Source of the DNA: Octopus sinensis
Lineage: Eukaryota
Direction of reading: 5' to 3'
NCBI RefSeq assembly: GCF_006345805.1
Contig: NC_043001.1
Location: 79,856,001 to 79,920,000, forward strand
Length of the DNA: 64,000 nucleotides
Shown here: positions 24,688 to 38,784 of the stretch, in pieces
Layout: every line of letters begins with the position of its first letter
Position numbering within the stretch: position 1 is the stretch's first letter
Position numbers and translations under genes: made by a program
The notes under the pieces: generated by a model
Database searches by the model: none
What the model saw: the letters and a program-made list of their open reading frames with translations, nothing else
Told to the model about the DNA's origin: nothing

Positions 24688-24849
24688 TATACACACACTG
24701 AATTTTAAATCACATTTTTAAAATATTGTGCCTATTCATATAAGCAAAGTAAATAACACAATATGTATATATATCCTACCCTATCTGTGCTCATATAAAC
24801 ATAAATACATATATTTATGTTTGTATATTTATATATAAATATATATATA

Positions 24850-24888
<39 letters not shown>

Positions 24889-24904
24889 GATACACACACA
24901 CATA

Positions 24905-24944
<40 letters not shown>

Positions 24945-25484
24945 TACAAACATATACCTATATAATCTTATTCATAATAATGTAGGCATTGTTCTCTTAT
25001 GTGTATATTATAAGCACATATGTAGATATACGTACAAACACACGCGCACACACACACATATATGAATATAAAAATACACATTGGTGACTATGTGTGTGTT
25101 TGTACATTATTGTCTGTGTGTGTGTGTGTGTGTGTTGTGTGCGTGTGTATTGTATTTCTATGTGACTTCTGTTTTGATTTTGCTTTCTTTTTTCTTTTTT
25201 CTTTTGGAATTTTCTGAAGCACCTGGCCAGAAAATTTGTACTGACAGAATTTTAAAATATATCTAGAAAGATGTTGAATTAAAAATAAAATAAACGAAAC
25301 GCAAGGACTACTTATGTGTTTGTATATACGCATCTATTAATATGTTTCGATGTTTAGGTATCTAAATATTATAGAAATTCTTACACGGCAAACACCCTAC
25401 AGGCAAATATTTCATTTTGCTTGTAGACTGATTGGATGAAAAGACGAAAGAGACTATGTTAGGAAAAGAAAACTAAATACAAAT

Positions 25485-25873
25485 TTTCTTTTCGACTCTA
25501 GGCACAAGGCCCGAAACTTTTGGGGAGTGGGGCCAGTCGTTTAGATCGAATCCAGCACACAACAAGTACTTAATTTTAACTCAGAACATAAAAAGAGACG
25601 AAATACCGCTAAGCATTTCGCCCTGCGTGCTTACGTTTGTTATTTCTTTATTGCCCACTAGGGGCTAAACAAAGATGGGACAAAGAAGGACAGATAAGCG
25701 AATTAAGTCGAACACATCGACCCCAGTGTGTAACTGGTACTTAATTTATCGACCTCGAAAGGATGAAAGGTAAAGTCGACCTCGGCGGAATTTGAACTCA
25801 GAACGTAAAAACAGACGAAATACCGCTTAGCATTTTGTCCGGCGTGCTAACGTTTCTGCCAGCTCACTGCCTT
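25485..25873 (-). mobile_element. Two nested SINEs (dominant family)
   Basis: Two heads, two different tails. Confidence 0.8.
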
Positions 25874-26529
25874 AGACTAAATACAAATATTATTCCTTCA
25901 TCATCAGCATTGTCGTCAATAAGAATCACAGTAGCTATGACAACAAATGCAAATTTAAGAAAAGAGTAGGATAATGAAGGATGTGGCATCTCTATGTAAG
26001 ACATAGGAAACAGTGTTTTATCTCTTCTTAAATGACTGTATCACGCATGAGATATTTGTTGGAATTTTCCCCTCTCATTAAAAACTGCCCCCTCCCCCAA
26101 AATTTCAGGCCTTTTGCCTAGAGTAGAAAAGAATATTTGCATTTAGTCTTCTTTCTCTAACATAGTCGCTTTCGTCTTTTCCTCTCATTAAAAACTGGTG
26201 TAGACAACAGAACGATATGTGCTCATAATCCTTGCATGAGTAGACTGTAACTCGTATATCGTGCACCCGTGTGTAGTGTGTGAGAATATCAGCCCTCTGT
26301 ACCAGGATATCATTTATGTTTCTCGAATTACAGTTCCATTCTCGTCTCTCAAAATTTGATTTCAACATCGCTCTGAGTGGCATTCAACAAGCCTTTTTGT
26401 GTTTTTTCATCTCAACTTAATGCTGATTTTGTTTAACAGCTTGTGAAAAGTTTGTTCAAATAATTTCCCATTATAAGCAAATTATCTTCTGTCGCCCTCT
26501 CTTTTACAGCGATGTTATATGGCAAGTTA

Positions 26530-26920
26530 TCTATATACTACTAAAACTCTCTGATTGCTTCCTTGCTTGTGTTGCTGCTTGCGGGTGTACTTATCTGTAA
26601 TTCAATGCAGTCATATCGATGCATAGCGGAAAAATACTCTGAAAGTAAGCACCCCTGAAATGTTAATACAAACTGTATAAAAACATGTTTCGCGCTAATC
26701 AGACCACTGATTCCCGAAATACGCGGTTTTGTTGGGGTTTGTTTTCACAACTTTAATCAGTGAAACCTGGAGTTATTGCCCTTTTCTGTGAACACCTTTA
26801 TAAGTACGCAAACCATTATATAATGGGAAAATACTCTGAAAGTAAGGTACCATTGAAATGTGAATACAAACGGAATAAAACGAGTTTTGCCTGAATCGGA
26901 TCACGAGTTCCCGAAAGTAT
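26530..26920 (+). mobile_element. Possible Helitron-like non-autonomous element with internal duplication (~198-bp period)
   Basis: a|TCTATATACTACTAAAA start; ggaaaaatactctgaaagtaag...ttcccgaaa at ~26628 and ~26826; no clear 3' end. Confidence 0.45.
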
Positions 26921-28185
26921 TTTAAAGTGATTGCTAGATGTGTCAATTACCACTGTGTTATTTCTAAGCAGCAACAAGATATTGCCTCGCTAACGCATTT
27001 AGATTCTTATTTTGATACATAGTGATGTTAGGTGGATGTTTAGATTATATATGTGTGAGGGTGTGTGTGTTAATGCAATGAGATTATGTGTAGTTTCCTC
27101 AACAGCTTATGTTTTTAAATTTCAGTTGAAGCATTACCTATATATATGTGTGTGTATCTGTGTGTGTGTGTGGGTGCGTGCGTGTGTGTAAAAGCAAAAA
27201 ATAGATAGCGGTCATACGACTGATTTCGATTCATGTAATTTCGATTCATGTAAAAACCTCCCAGACTTAACTGAGCGGCACGTCTAGAGTATGACAGTTG
27301 GAGAGAAAGTGTGAGCTGCACTATTACACGGCTGGTATAAATTTTTTGCTGCGTGGAAAGCAGAAGAACATAATAAATGTGCCTTGTCTGATGGCACAAC
27401 GTAGTTTCCACTAGTACGGTAGAATAAAAATAATAAACATTTTTTTCTTATAAGTCAGAAGTTGGTGTCTAACTTTAGACAACGCGTAGACATTGAAACT
27501 ATTCAATAATGATTATTCGATGAAATAAAATTAAAAAGCTCAACATGATTTCTTCTTTTCTATTATAGGCACAAGGGCTCGCAATTTGGGGGAGGGCCAA
27601 GTCGATTACATCGATAAGCCCTCCTCCTCACCCCACCCCACGTTGCGCAACCGATGTTTATTATATCGATGCCAAAATGATAAGAGGCAAAGTCGATCTC
27701 GACGGATTTTTTAAGCTCGGAACATAAAGAGAAACGAAATGACGCTCATCACCATCATCATCATCATCATGAGCAATGAGCAGAATCTTTATTACAGTAC
27801 TCTTCAACATGAGTAGCAGTATATATATATATATATTATATATATATAAATACATGAGTAAACTGATTCATGTTCGCTGTTGCTACTGCTTTACGTTACT
27901 TTAGCTGTGAATAATAAATTTAGCTGTGAATAAATTGTTGTTGTAAATGATGATGATGATGATTATGAGGATGTTGGCGAGGACGACGACGATAACAATA
28001 ATGATGATATAAACTTTGCTATTGTTGCTGGTAGTGGTGGTGTGAGTGAGGATAATAGTGCTGGTAGTGGTTGTTATGTAGTGGTGTAAGATATTATCGT
28101 AAGTACCGCAGTTACTGGTGCTTTTATCGTTATTAATGGTTAAGTCACCCAAAGCATTATGGTTTAACAATACTTCTTTTAAACA

Positions 28186-28378
28186 GTTCTATATTTAAGG
28201 GATGAGGAATTATGTACATTATGTACGTTATTTGCATTATTTATATTTGACGTATATTTGGCCTCGTCTTGTTCGTTTTAACACAACGTTTCGGCTGATG
28301 AACCCTCCACCCTTCATCATGTGTCTTGGGGAAATTTCGAACCTGGGTTCTCATTCCTAAGGTATTTTCGATGTTATT
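28186..28378 (-). mobile_element. SINE tail with hammerhead-like core
   Basis: Minus strand gacac-aTGATGA-agggtggagggttcatcagcc-GAAACGTT-gtgtt. Confidence 0.7.
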
Positions 28379-28382
28379 ATTT

Positions 28383-28450
<68 letters not shown>

Positions 28451-28471
28451 GTTATTATTATTATTATTATC

Positions 28472-29640
28472 ATTTTATATTTGACTTTTGCTTTACATTT
28501 GTACAAGTTGGCTCCAGGTCTCATCCAGAGACCTCAAGAGAGAACAAGCTAGAAGTTCATGCTGTTATTATGCTTAGGGTGCCATATATTTGGTTTTGTA
28601 CATAGTGTTTTTCTAGAGAATGTTTAAGAAGCCATGAGAAAATTATGTGTTTGCTTTAAAATTCGAGATTACATAGATAGTATTTTATGTAGGAGGCGCA
28701 GGAGTGGCTGTGTGGTAAGTAGCTTGTCTACCAACCACATGGTTCCGGGTTCAGTCCCACTGCGTGGCACCTTGGGCAAGTGTCTTCTACTATAGCCTCG
28801 GGCCGACCAATGCCTTGTGAGTGGATTTGGTAGACGGAAACTGAAAGAAGCCCGTCGTATATATATATACGTGTGTGTGTTTGTGTGTGTGTGTTTGTCC
28901 CCTAGCATTGCTTGACAACCGATGCTGGTGTGTTTACGTCCCGGTTACTTAGCGGTTCGGCAAAACAGACCGATAGAATAAGTACTGGGCTTACAAAAGA
29001 ATAAGTCCCGGGGTCGAGTTGCTCGATTAAAGGCGGTGCTCCAGCATGGCCGCAGTCAAATGACTGAAACAAGTAAAAGAGTAAAGAGTAAAAAGGATAT
29101 GGGCAATTCTCATGAGCACTATCTTTTGAATTTCTGCCATTTTTGGGTATCCCGGTAACTGAACTACTAAGCAATCAGCCCCTTTTGCTATCATTCCCAG
29201 GCTCCTATGACAACAGGTATTGTTTTAGTCTTCAGGTTCCACATTTTGCCAATTTCTATTTCAAGATCTTTATACTTGCTCAGTTTTGGTAGGTCTTGAC
29301 AGATACGTTTATATCGATTGGGACAGTCATATCAATGAGGAGGCATGTTTTTTGTCTGAAGTCTTTCAATATCATATCTGGCCTGTTTGCATCTATCTTT
29401 CTGTCAGTTTGAATGGTGAAGTTCCAGAGGAGTGAGATGTAATCATTTTCAAGCATTGGAGGTGGTTTGTGTTCTCAACAGTTTTTATCATGGGGCTGGT
29501 CCAGGTTTTTGTAAATTACCCAGCGAATATATTGTGCATCTCTATCATGCCTATTGAAATACTCTGGAGGCGCAAGAAAACTGCACATGGAGACAACATG
29601 ATCAAAAATTGTAAAAAAAAAATAATCGTTTTTTTTTGCG
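28472..29640 (-). pseudogene. R4/Dong-type non-LTR retrotransposon 3' end (restriction-like endonuclease), ending in (TAA)n, interrupted by a SINE
   Basis: DHVVSMC..LA..EYFNRHD; ANRPDMIL; KLSKYKDLEIEI..MW; C-terminus HILHKILSM* split by the SINE. Confidence 0.85.
28694..29093 (+). mobile_element. CORE-like SINE with internal (TA/TG)n
   Basis: ggagtggctgtgtggtaag...caccttgggcaagtgtc...tgaaacaagtaaaagag. Confidence 0.9.
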
Positions 29641-29879
29641 TTGTCCAATCGAAATGTTAGAATTTCTTCCCTGTGAAGATGAAGATTATTTTCGGAACAT
29701 TTTCTCATTATACACCATTTTGGGTATTTATACCATGAAAATCTCTAATATCTTGAAAACTACCGATTTACGCAAAACTTGTTTCATTCGATTCGTATTA
29801 ATATTTCAGGGTAAACTTAATTCATGATATTTTCCCATTATGCACCAGTCTCCATATATGTTTCTACGCCGGGCGTCTT

Positions 29880-30015
29880 TCCGTTCCCATCTACCAAATC
29901 CACTCACAAGGATTTGGTCGGCCCTAGGTTATAGTAAAAGACACATGCCCAAGGTGCCATGCAGTGGGACTGAATCCAGAACGATGTGGTTAGGAAGCTA
30001 GCTACTTACCACATA
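29880..30015 (-). mobile_element. CORE-like SINE 5' half
   Basis: Matches 28700-28840. Confidence 0.75.
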
Positions 30016-31126
30016 GGTCAACATTAACTGAACGGACCTACGACGAACGGTGTTCTCTCCACGCCTCTCCCTTCATTCTGCCTCTTTAAAACTGCAAACT
30101 GCATTACATAATTTTCTTCCTTTTCCAGCCTACTAGCGCATGATTTAAGGGATTTGGGATGTTGTATTTAGCAAGTCGAACTACCTCGTAGAGGCACCCT
30201 TTACGACACGTTGTTGAGGTTGTTCTCATTGTTGTTTTTGTTGCTGCTCTTGTTTAAACCAATGAATCCTTTACTGATCCTTTCTGCGATCCAAGTCATT
30301 CCAGCACTGGACATCAAAACATTTTCTGTAAGCATAGAATCCAAGCTATGTTATCCAATGCACATTATTTTTGTTTTAGATTTTGCAGATACTAAGGTGT
30401 GACTGGAGAAAGATTTGGCTGCTATCTCTGAAAAATCAGACAACCAAACAGACGCGCTTTTGTTACGTCGTAGAGATGGGAGCTGCTTTCATTTTTGTTG
30501 CCGTGACAGATGATGTACTTTTTGTTACAGTTTCTATAAAACTCTTGTCAATGTTATATTTCTAGATCTTGTTTTAATTGTTGTGGATTTGCTCGAAGCT
30601 ACGATTTTTTGTTGTTATTGTTGTTGTAATGGATTTTCTTATATTTATTATTCCAGCTCTTGCTGTTTTCAATATTGGTGTTTTGTTTGGATCTTTCCTT
30701 TGTTTTTTTTTGTTTTTTTTTACATTCTTTGAGTTACTACTTTCCTTTTCAGTTTATTTTAGTTTTCTGCTGCTGCTGTTGTTGTTGTTGTTGTTGTTGT
30801 TGTTATTTCTTTTCATCGATTTGTCCTTGTTACTTTTTGTCAGTATTATTGCTATATTTGAGAGACAGACAACACTTTTCAATATTCAATATTGGCCAAT
30901 ATTGCTTCGATGAAGATAATGCCGGTGGTGATGTAGGTAATTATTATTATTAAGAACAAACATCTACTAGAACACTAGAAGGAGGAGAAGAAAAAGAAGA
31001 AGAAGAAGAAGAAGAAGAAGAAGAAGAAGAAGAAGAGTTAAAATAGTTTCATTTTTTATATTAATAAAATAAATCATCATCAATATTGTCGTCATTATCA
31101 ATTTTATCATTATTGTTGTTGTTATA

Positions 31127-31157
<31 letters not shown>

Positions 31158-31441
31158 ATATTATTGTAAGTTTTATCATAATCATCATCTTCATAACCAT
31201 CATCATTTTCACCATGATCATTTTCATCATCATCATCATCACTGTTATCGTCGTCTTCGTCGTCATCTTTGTCGTCATTATCACCATCTATTTCTTCCTC
31301 CTCTCTTTCCACATCTTCTTTTTCTCATTACTACTACTGCTACTACTACTACCCCCTCCTCCTCCAACTACTACTACTACTACAACTTCTGCAATCATAT
31401 TTTATCCTAGCAAATTCTCACGGTGCTGCTGTTTAAAATGT

Positions 31442-31489
<48 letters not shown>

Positions 31490-32371
31490 TACTACTAACT
31501 AGCTAAAATTCTGCTGCGACATTTCTCGATGTTTTCAAGATTAGTTAATGAAGTTTCATTTTGGATTTTATATTACACACAATTTTATTGAACATTTTGG
31601 AATATTTTCTCTTTACCGGGGATAGAAAAACAAGACGGTATTTTTGTAACTATTTTTATTTATTCTGTGCGGTCTAACACTGAGGTTTTTCTCTTCCTCA
31701 GATTCTCCACTCAAAGAGATTACGAAGAACAAAACGTAAAAACCCACGCAAGTGGAGACAATATTAAGCGCACAGGTAAAGAAACAAATGGCGGAAAAAG
31801 AAATGAAAGTACATTCGAAAAGGAAAATGTAGCATAATAAATATGTTTTTGAACAATAACATTAAGAGTATATATGATTAGTAAATATATAAACTGCTTT
31901 CACAATCAAAAGTTCTGGATATAGATAATTTTGCCGAAAGAACGAAAGTAAGGAAGGTTTTCACACCGGACGGGCGCAAGATAAATAAGTTTCTTGTACT
32001 TTACCAAGGTCACATGAAGTTATCTCCTTCCAGCTAATAAAGGTTTGCATATATCTATGATAGATATTTGAAATAACATTTGTAGGGAGAGGGAGAACAT
32101 ATATTTACTGTAAGTGGCATCTTAAAACAGTATTCAGAGCAAGGCACACACCTAAATTGTATGTGACAGATCTGGCCATAAGCTGCCTCCGCAGTATTTG
32201 AAAAGAAGAAATTCAAGGGTTAAATTCAAGGTCATCGGTGTCGATATCACCCTCAGTTCGGTAGTCAGCTTCGTGGTGTGTACAAACAACTTTTGGTGAA
32301 ATGGAGTCAAAAGGGATCACAATGAAGATTCGAATAATGGCCCTGCTAGACTCAAAAGCAAGTCTTATACA

Positions 32372-32784
32372 AGGTGCAGGAGTGGCTGCGTTGTAAGTAG
32401 CTTGCTAACCAACAACATGTTCCGGGTTCAGTCCCACTGCGTGGCATCTTGGGCAAGTGTCTTCTGCTTTAGCCCCGGGCCGACCAAAGCCTTGTGAGTG
32501 GATTTGGTAGACGGAAACTGAAAGAAGCATGTCGTATATATGTATATATATGTGTGTGTGTATGTGTTTGTGTGTCTGTGTTTGTCCCCCTAGCATTGCT
32601 TGACAACCGATGCTGGTGTGTTTACGTCCCCGTCACTAAGCGGTTCGGCAAAAGAGACCGATAGAATAAGTACTGGGCTTACAAAGAATAAGTCCCAGGG
32701 AAGATTTGCTCGACTAAAAAAAGGGCGGTGCTCCAGCATGGCCGCAGTCAAATGACTGAAACAAGTAAAAGAGTAAAAGAGTAA
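32372..32784 (+). mobile_element. CORE-like SINE, full length
   Basis: Matches 28694-29093. Confidence 0.9.
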
Positions 32785-33392
32785 GGTACTGAAAGGAAAA
32801 CTTTTAAACTCAGTAACTAGCATAGACAGTTTAGTTGGTACACATGTGGTAGTAAAGTCATTTAAAAGCTTTCTGCACTCAAATCCTTAAAGAACAAGTG
32901 CAACAAGAAAAGAAAATAAAGTGTTGCTAATCGTATAACAAACACCTAGGGCAACTCGTGTGTTACCATATAATATAGCTCGGTCATTATTACTGAGGAC
33001 GAACAAACACTCAAGACCTTCTTCTGGCTGACACCGACGAATCATAGTTTCCAGACCACCACAATGGCAAAAAACAAATTACTAGGAAATACCCTTTTAT
33101 TACTGTAATACATCATCCACATACATCACGTTACTTTACAGATTAGAACCAAGATACAAATATATATAAGCAAAGTAAGCCAGTCTGCCGAGAGCATGCC
33201 GAAATTTCGAAGCCACTGTCAACCTTTTATTTACAAACGTAAAGAAGTACTTTACTGGAAAGTAATGAGTTAAAAACTGTTAATATTATATATGACGTAA
33301 AAAGAAACAATAATGAAGATAGATGAGTTTCTAAATACGTATGTATGAATGAATATGTGTATCCCCTCTCTTTCTCTCTCCCTCTCTCTTTC

Positions 33393-33437
<45 letters not shown>

Positions 33438-33593
33438 GAAATATTAAAATTACTAAGTCTCTCTAAAAGAGAACAACGGCAGCGTTCCCGGAAAATAGCT
33501 AACTTAAGGCGATGGCCTCATGGAGCTAATAAGCGGTCAGCTTTTTTCTTATTTTTATAAGAATGCCATATTAGTATGGCGATAACTAATATA

Positions 33594-33627
<34 letters not shown>

Positions 33628-34619
33628 GTATATACACTTATACATATGCGGAAGTGTGTATATATGGACACGTATATACACACATGTATGTATGAATGTA
33701 TTTCAGCGTGTGTGTTTACGTTTGTGTATATGTACGCATATGCACATACATTTTTGACAGATGAGCCCTCACCACAGACCCGCAGAGATTTCAAACCATG
33801 AAAGTACGAAGCAGTCGGAAGATTTGGTATTTTAAAATCCATTGAAGGATTTTGTAGACAATCGGTTTCCATGAAGGAGAATCTGTTCGATGTCACTAAA
33901 ATCTGGAATCTGGAGTCATGCGGTCACAACACTACATTGCTAATAGTTTTAGAAAACACTTCTATTTAGAAAAAGAAAGTTATAGGATAGATAAGTGATT
34001 AGAAACATGTAAAAGAAAATAAATTATTAGATTGGCCAAAATGCCCCGTTAGGTTTTTGTCAACACTAAACTTCAAACACTGTAATATATAATTAACTCC
34101 AGCCTGGCCTGACGCAGGTACTTGACACATGAACGTAGTCTGATGTGAATTTGCGAGAGACAGTTGTATTTTGTATATTTCACGTTCTCTCAAAAGCTTA
34201 TAAAATTCTTATAATGTCAACAACATATTTCGCTTCAGCTAATTGCCAGTCAAACTACAGCCTATTTTCTTAGACACTAAAGAACATTTTAGATCATTTG
34301 GTCATAAATTCGTTTCAAAGATAAAATATACCTCTTTGAATTGTTTTAGATATTATTGATCAAAATTAATTTTGGGCGAAACAATTTCTCGCTTCTTTTC
34401 AAGGGACCTAACCAACAAACAAGAGAAAGGTGCTGGAAGATTGTATAAATTCCTCTGATCATTTTCAACAAACTTTCGTGTTTTTGAAAAAGTTCTGATC
34501 CGTACCACTAGGGATAGAAAGAAGTAGGAGATAGACAGACATAGGTATTAAGTAGTAAAAAATATATATATAACAAAAGAGGGATTAAATGTAAACACTC
34601 GAAAATCATACGTGATACT

Positions 34620-34950
34620 CCGCATGGTTCAGTGGTTAAAGCATCGGACTCACAATCATGAGGGAGTGAGTTCGATTACCGAACCGTACTGCGTGTTGTG
34701 TTCTTGAGCAAGACACTTATATTTCCCATTGATCCAGTTCACTCAGCTGTAGAAATGAGTTGCGACGTCACTGGTGCCAAGGTGTATCGGTCTTTGCCTT
34801 TCCCTTGGACAACATTGGTGATATGGAGAGCGGAGGCTGATATACATGGGTGACTGCTGGTCTTCCATAATGAACCTTGTCTGGACTTGTACCTTGGAGG
34901 TGATATTCCTTGGTGCAATGCTATGATCATTCATGACCGAATGGAGTCTT
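34620..34950 (+). mobile_element. tRNA-derived SINE (third family)
   Basis: cagtggttaaagc...gagttcgattacc; homologous to 59340-59670 (-). Confidence 0.85.
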
Positions 34951-36485
34951 TACCCTTTTAACGCACACAACTCAAAGATGGGTTTTAGAGATGTATAATG
35001 TGTGAGGTTTCTATGAAAATGTGAAATGGTGGTCTTGGGCAACGGACAGTCTAATGTTAATGTCACATCTGATACGTTTCGATCCACAATCAATTTTCCG
35101 CTTCTTTTTTTGGCAATCCTTAGTAAAACCTTTTATCTATCATCTCGGCCAAACCCGGATCTCCAGTAGAGTGTTGCTGGGAGTGTTAAAAATTCGGTCT
35201 CTTCTAACGGGATTGTTGATGGTGGAACTGTGTGAGTAGGGATGGGTGTAGTGAGCGGTCGTGATGCTAGTAGTAGTAGTAGTAGTAGTAATGTTGTAAG
35301 TGTTGTAGTTGTTGGTAAAAGACAATCGATTCCAATGCGGTATGCAATTTGGTAGTTCTGCTGTAAAATTGCAGACGTTCAGTCTGTTCTGTATTCTTCT
35401 GATGATTGTTTACTACGTTAACTGGATAACGTTTGCGGGTAGGAGGGAGTTATGGTGGAAGGAGGTGAATGGATGGATTGATGGACGAATAGATGGATGG
35501 ATGGATGGAGGGACGGAGAAAACAGAGAAAGAGTGAACGAAATTAGTGAGAGTATACGTGGGTAGGGGTAAAAAAGAGATAGAGAAAGTTTGATTTGGGA
35601 TGAGAGGTACGATGAGGTACGGTGGTATTGGTGAGAAATAGTTTGAGGTAAAATTTGGAATAAAAAGACTGATGGAAGTTGCGGTGGTGGGAGGAGATAT
35701 GGGAGAGAAAGAGACTGAGAAAAATGCAAGGAAGAAAACCAGACAGAATCGAAGAACAAATAAAAATATTAGACATATTGTATTATGGATTACACACACA
35801 TAGATACATACATATATGTGTGTGTGTGTGTGTGTGTGTGTATAGACCACATATATGTACATGTATGTATGTGAGTATATATATTTATTTATATGTGTAT
35901 ATATGTGTGTGTGTATGTGCGCGTGTATTTATATACGTATATATGTATGTATATGTGTGTGTATATATATATGTATATATATTTATATATGTACTTGTAT
36001 GTATATGTACGCGTGTGTGTGTGTAAAAAGAGAGAGAGAGAGGGGGTGGAGTCTGTGAAGTTTGGTCAAAGAATCATTTTTTAAATTGAAACAGCGAAAG
36101 AGGAAACAATGCAGATGTGTCCAAGTACTTATTTTTTGTTTTGTTTCGTAACAGTATATATGTGTGTCTATGTGTATGAGTATATACGCATTCGATATAT
36201 TGTGTATGAGTAATAAACACTGATAATGAAGAAACATATGTGTGTATGAGTGTGGATGCTTATGCGTCACCCCTCCACCTGCTCTCACTCTCAATGTCGT
36301 TCTAGCTCTGACGCTCTGCGTGTAGGAGTGTTACATGTAAAACATAGTGTATGGTACAGAACGGGAAAGAAGTTTAGAGAACAAATGATTAGACGTATAT
36401 ATATATGTGTATGTAAATATACGTAGCTTTGTGTGTTTATGTTTCTTACGTGTGTGAGTGTGAGGACGCAGGTATAAGTGTGTGT

Positions 36486-36713
36486 GGCGAGCTGGCAGAA
36501 TCGTTAGCACGCCGGACGAAATGCTTAGCAGTATTTCGTCTGCCGCTACGTTCTGAGTTCAAATTCCGCCGAGGTCGACTTTGCTTTTCATCCTTTCGGG
36601 GTCGATTAAATAAGTATCAGTTACGCACTGGGGTCGATGTAAACGAATTAATACGTAAGTCTGGCCTTCTTTGTCTCCTCTATGTTTAGCCCCTTGTGGG
36701 TAATAAAGAAATA
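36486..36713 (+). mobile_element. SINE (dominant family) with ~17-bp TSD aggtataagtgtgtgtg
   Basis: TSD starts at 36470 and 36713. Confidence 0.9.
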
Positions 36714-36733
36714 GGTATAAGTGTGTGTGTGTG

Positions 36734-36772
<39 letters not shown>

Positions 36773-37176
36773 TATGTGTATGTATATGTGCTTGTGCTCG
36801 CGTATACGCATGTGTGTTTGTGTGAATTTGAGACTATAGTATTTGAACCAAATGTAATAATATGGGTTGTCTATGTATGTAAGAGAGTACATTTGAGTCA
36901 TACTTATTCTGTCAGCGTTAACGACGAGGACGATAACAGTAATACAAGTCATACTTTGGGTGTCAACCTTTCATCCTCGAAATTTGTGTTTTTGTGACTA
37001 GAAAAAATATCGTCATCATTATTCTCACGCTTGTTCATGTGATGAAATGGCAGAATCGTTAGCATGCAGGGCAAAATGTTTCGCTGACTTTTTCCGGCTT
37101 TCCGGCTCGAGTTCAGATTTAATGCTACTTTCGTTAGAAACAGTTCTGGTTATAACAAACATACTACTGGAGGAAT

Positions 37177-38784
37177 TGCTTTATTCCTACCCACAAGGGG
37201 CAACATAGAGGAGAAAATACAATCGGGAAAAATAAAATAATGAATTATGAAGTTTGTACAATGTGGTGTAATGCCCACTCGATCCCCGAAATCGAGCGGT
37301 TACATTTCGTCATTTTTTATTCGTCAACAATAATTTCCAAATAAAAACATTTTACACATTTTCAACATACATTTCAAAAACTTTACAAAGTTCAACATTT
37401 TTTCTTTTCAGAATTTAAAGTTTTTTTTTATCAATTCCAAATTAAAGTTTTAACAATACCTTTTCTGTTATATATACTCCATTATCTCTACCAAATCTTG
37501 GTAATTTTCCATCGTTCGTGGCCACCTTGTAAGTCAGGATTTCTCATATGTTTTGACACGTTCTTGCCAGCTGCCTCGATGAACGCCTTGGCGTTGTTCT
37601 CGTGGACGAGTGCACCTGTTTCCTTCCATTCGGTGCCCATCCTGACCCACTTATATCCATCTGTTTCGCTTATTAAATCTTCCATCTCCTCACAGTGCCT
37701 GTGATGGATCAATGTTCCATAGCATTTGAATCTTTTATTCGTGCCTGCATTTTCTCTAGTTTTTCTCTTAGGACTTACTTCCTCTTTTTTCTCCTCTCTC
37801 GGTTTCTCTCTTTCTCTCTTTTTGCTTTCTCTTCTTTCTTTTTCCTTCTCTTGTCTTCTTGGCTCTTTGTCTGTCGTCTCTCTACCCTGTGCCTTATGTT
37901 CCTTTCCTGTTGTTTCTTTTCCTTTTTGCCTACCATCTTTTCCTTTCTCTTGGTTCTGTTCCTTCTCTTGTTCTTTTCCTGTTTTTCTCTTTCCTTTAAT
38001 GTACTTTCCTTTTCTTTCTCTTGCTTCTGCCTTGGCTCCTTATCCACTACTTCTCCACCCTGTGAATTTTGTCCCTTTTCAACTATCTTCTTCCTTTTGT
38101 TTTCATTTTCCTTCAGTGCGCTGTTACTTCCCTTCTCTTGTTGTTTCTCCGTTATTTCCTTTTCCTTGTTTTCGCTGTTCTTTCCTTCGTGTTCTTTTTC
38201 CTTCTCTTTTTTGTTCTCTCCACTTTGTGTCTCTTTTTGCTCTATTTCCGTCTCCGCTGTGAATTCATATAGCGGACATTCCTTTTTTATGTGCCCTCTT
38301 GACCCGCACAAGTAGCAATTCGGTTTTCTCCCCTCCACAATTACACTAATTGTTTTCTCGTTTTCTATTTCTATTTGGAAGGGAAACCGTTCGATGTCTT
38401 CCATTGTGGCCATCAGCCACAACTCCACTCCAAACCCCTTCCAATTTACAACGTTGGTCTCCTTGATTGACCTTATTTCTACTTCCTCCTTTGCTGACCC
38501 TAGAATGGCTGTTACCAGCATTTCTGTTTTTATTTCTGGCGGCACCTTTGGGACTCTTACCCGTACCCCTCTTCTTCCTTTATAAGTCGGCCACATAGTG
38601 AAATTTTCGGCTTTCAGTACAGTGGAAGCTAACGAGGCCGCCACTTCCTTTGTTGCGCATCTCACCTCCACCGTACCATATTTCTTTCCTCTGTCCACGA
38701 AAGTCGCTTTCTTCATAATGTCTCCCAGACATTTCTCTATTTCTTCAATCGTCACTCTCACCAGTTTTCTCGTGTTCCTATCTT
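37177..38784 (-). mobile_element. ORF1-only non-LTR retroelement flanked by a 94-bp direct repeat
   Basis: Direct repeats 37083-37176 / 38785-38878; 3' end gccccttgtgggtaggaataaag; no RT. Confidence 0.75.
37488..38784 (-). pseudogene. LINE ORF1 (Gag-like, CCHC zinc knuckle, charged low-complexity region), 5'-truncated and frameshifted
   Basis: VEGRKPNCYLCGSRGHIKKEC; after the K/E-rich tract a second frame is open through KEEVSPKRK...WKITKIW* at 37488. Confidence 0.8.

Noticed and set aside
37695-38315. Plus-strand Phe/Ser/Leu-rich ORFs
   Set aside because: Antisense shadow of the purine-rich ORF1
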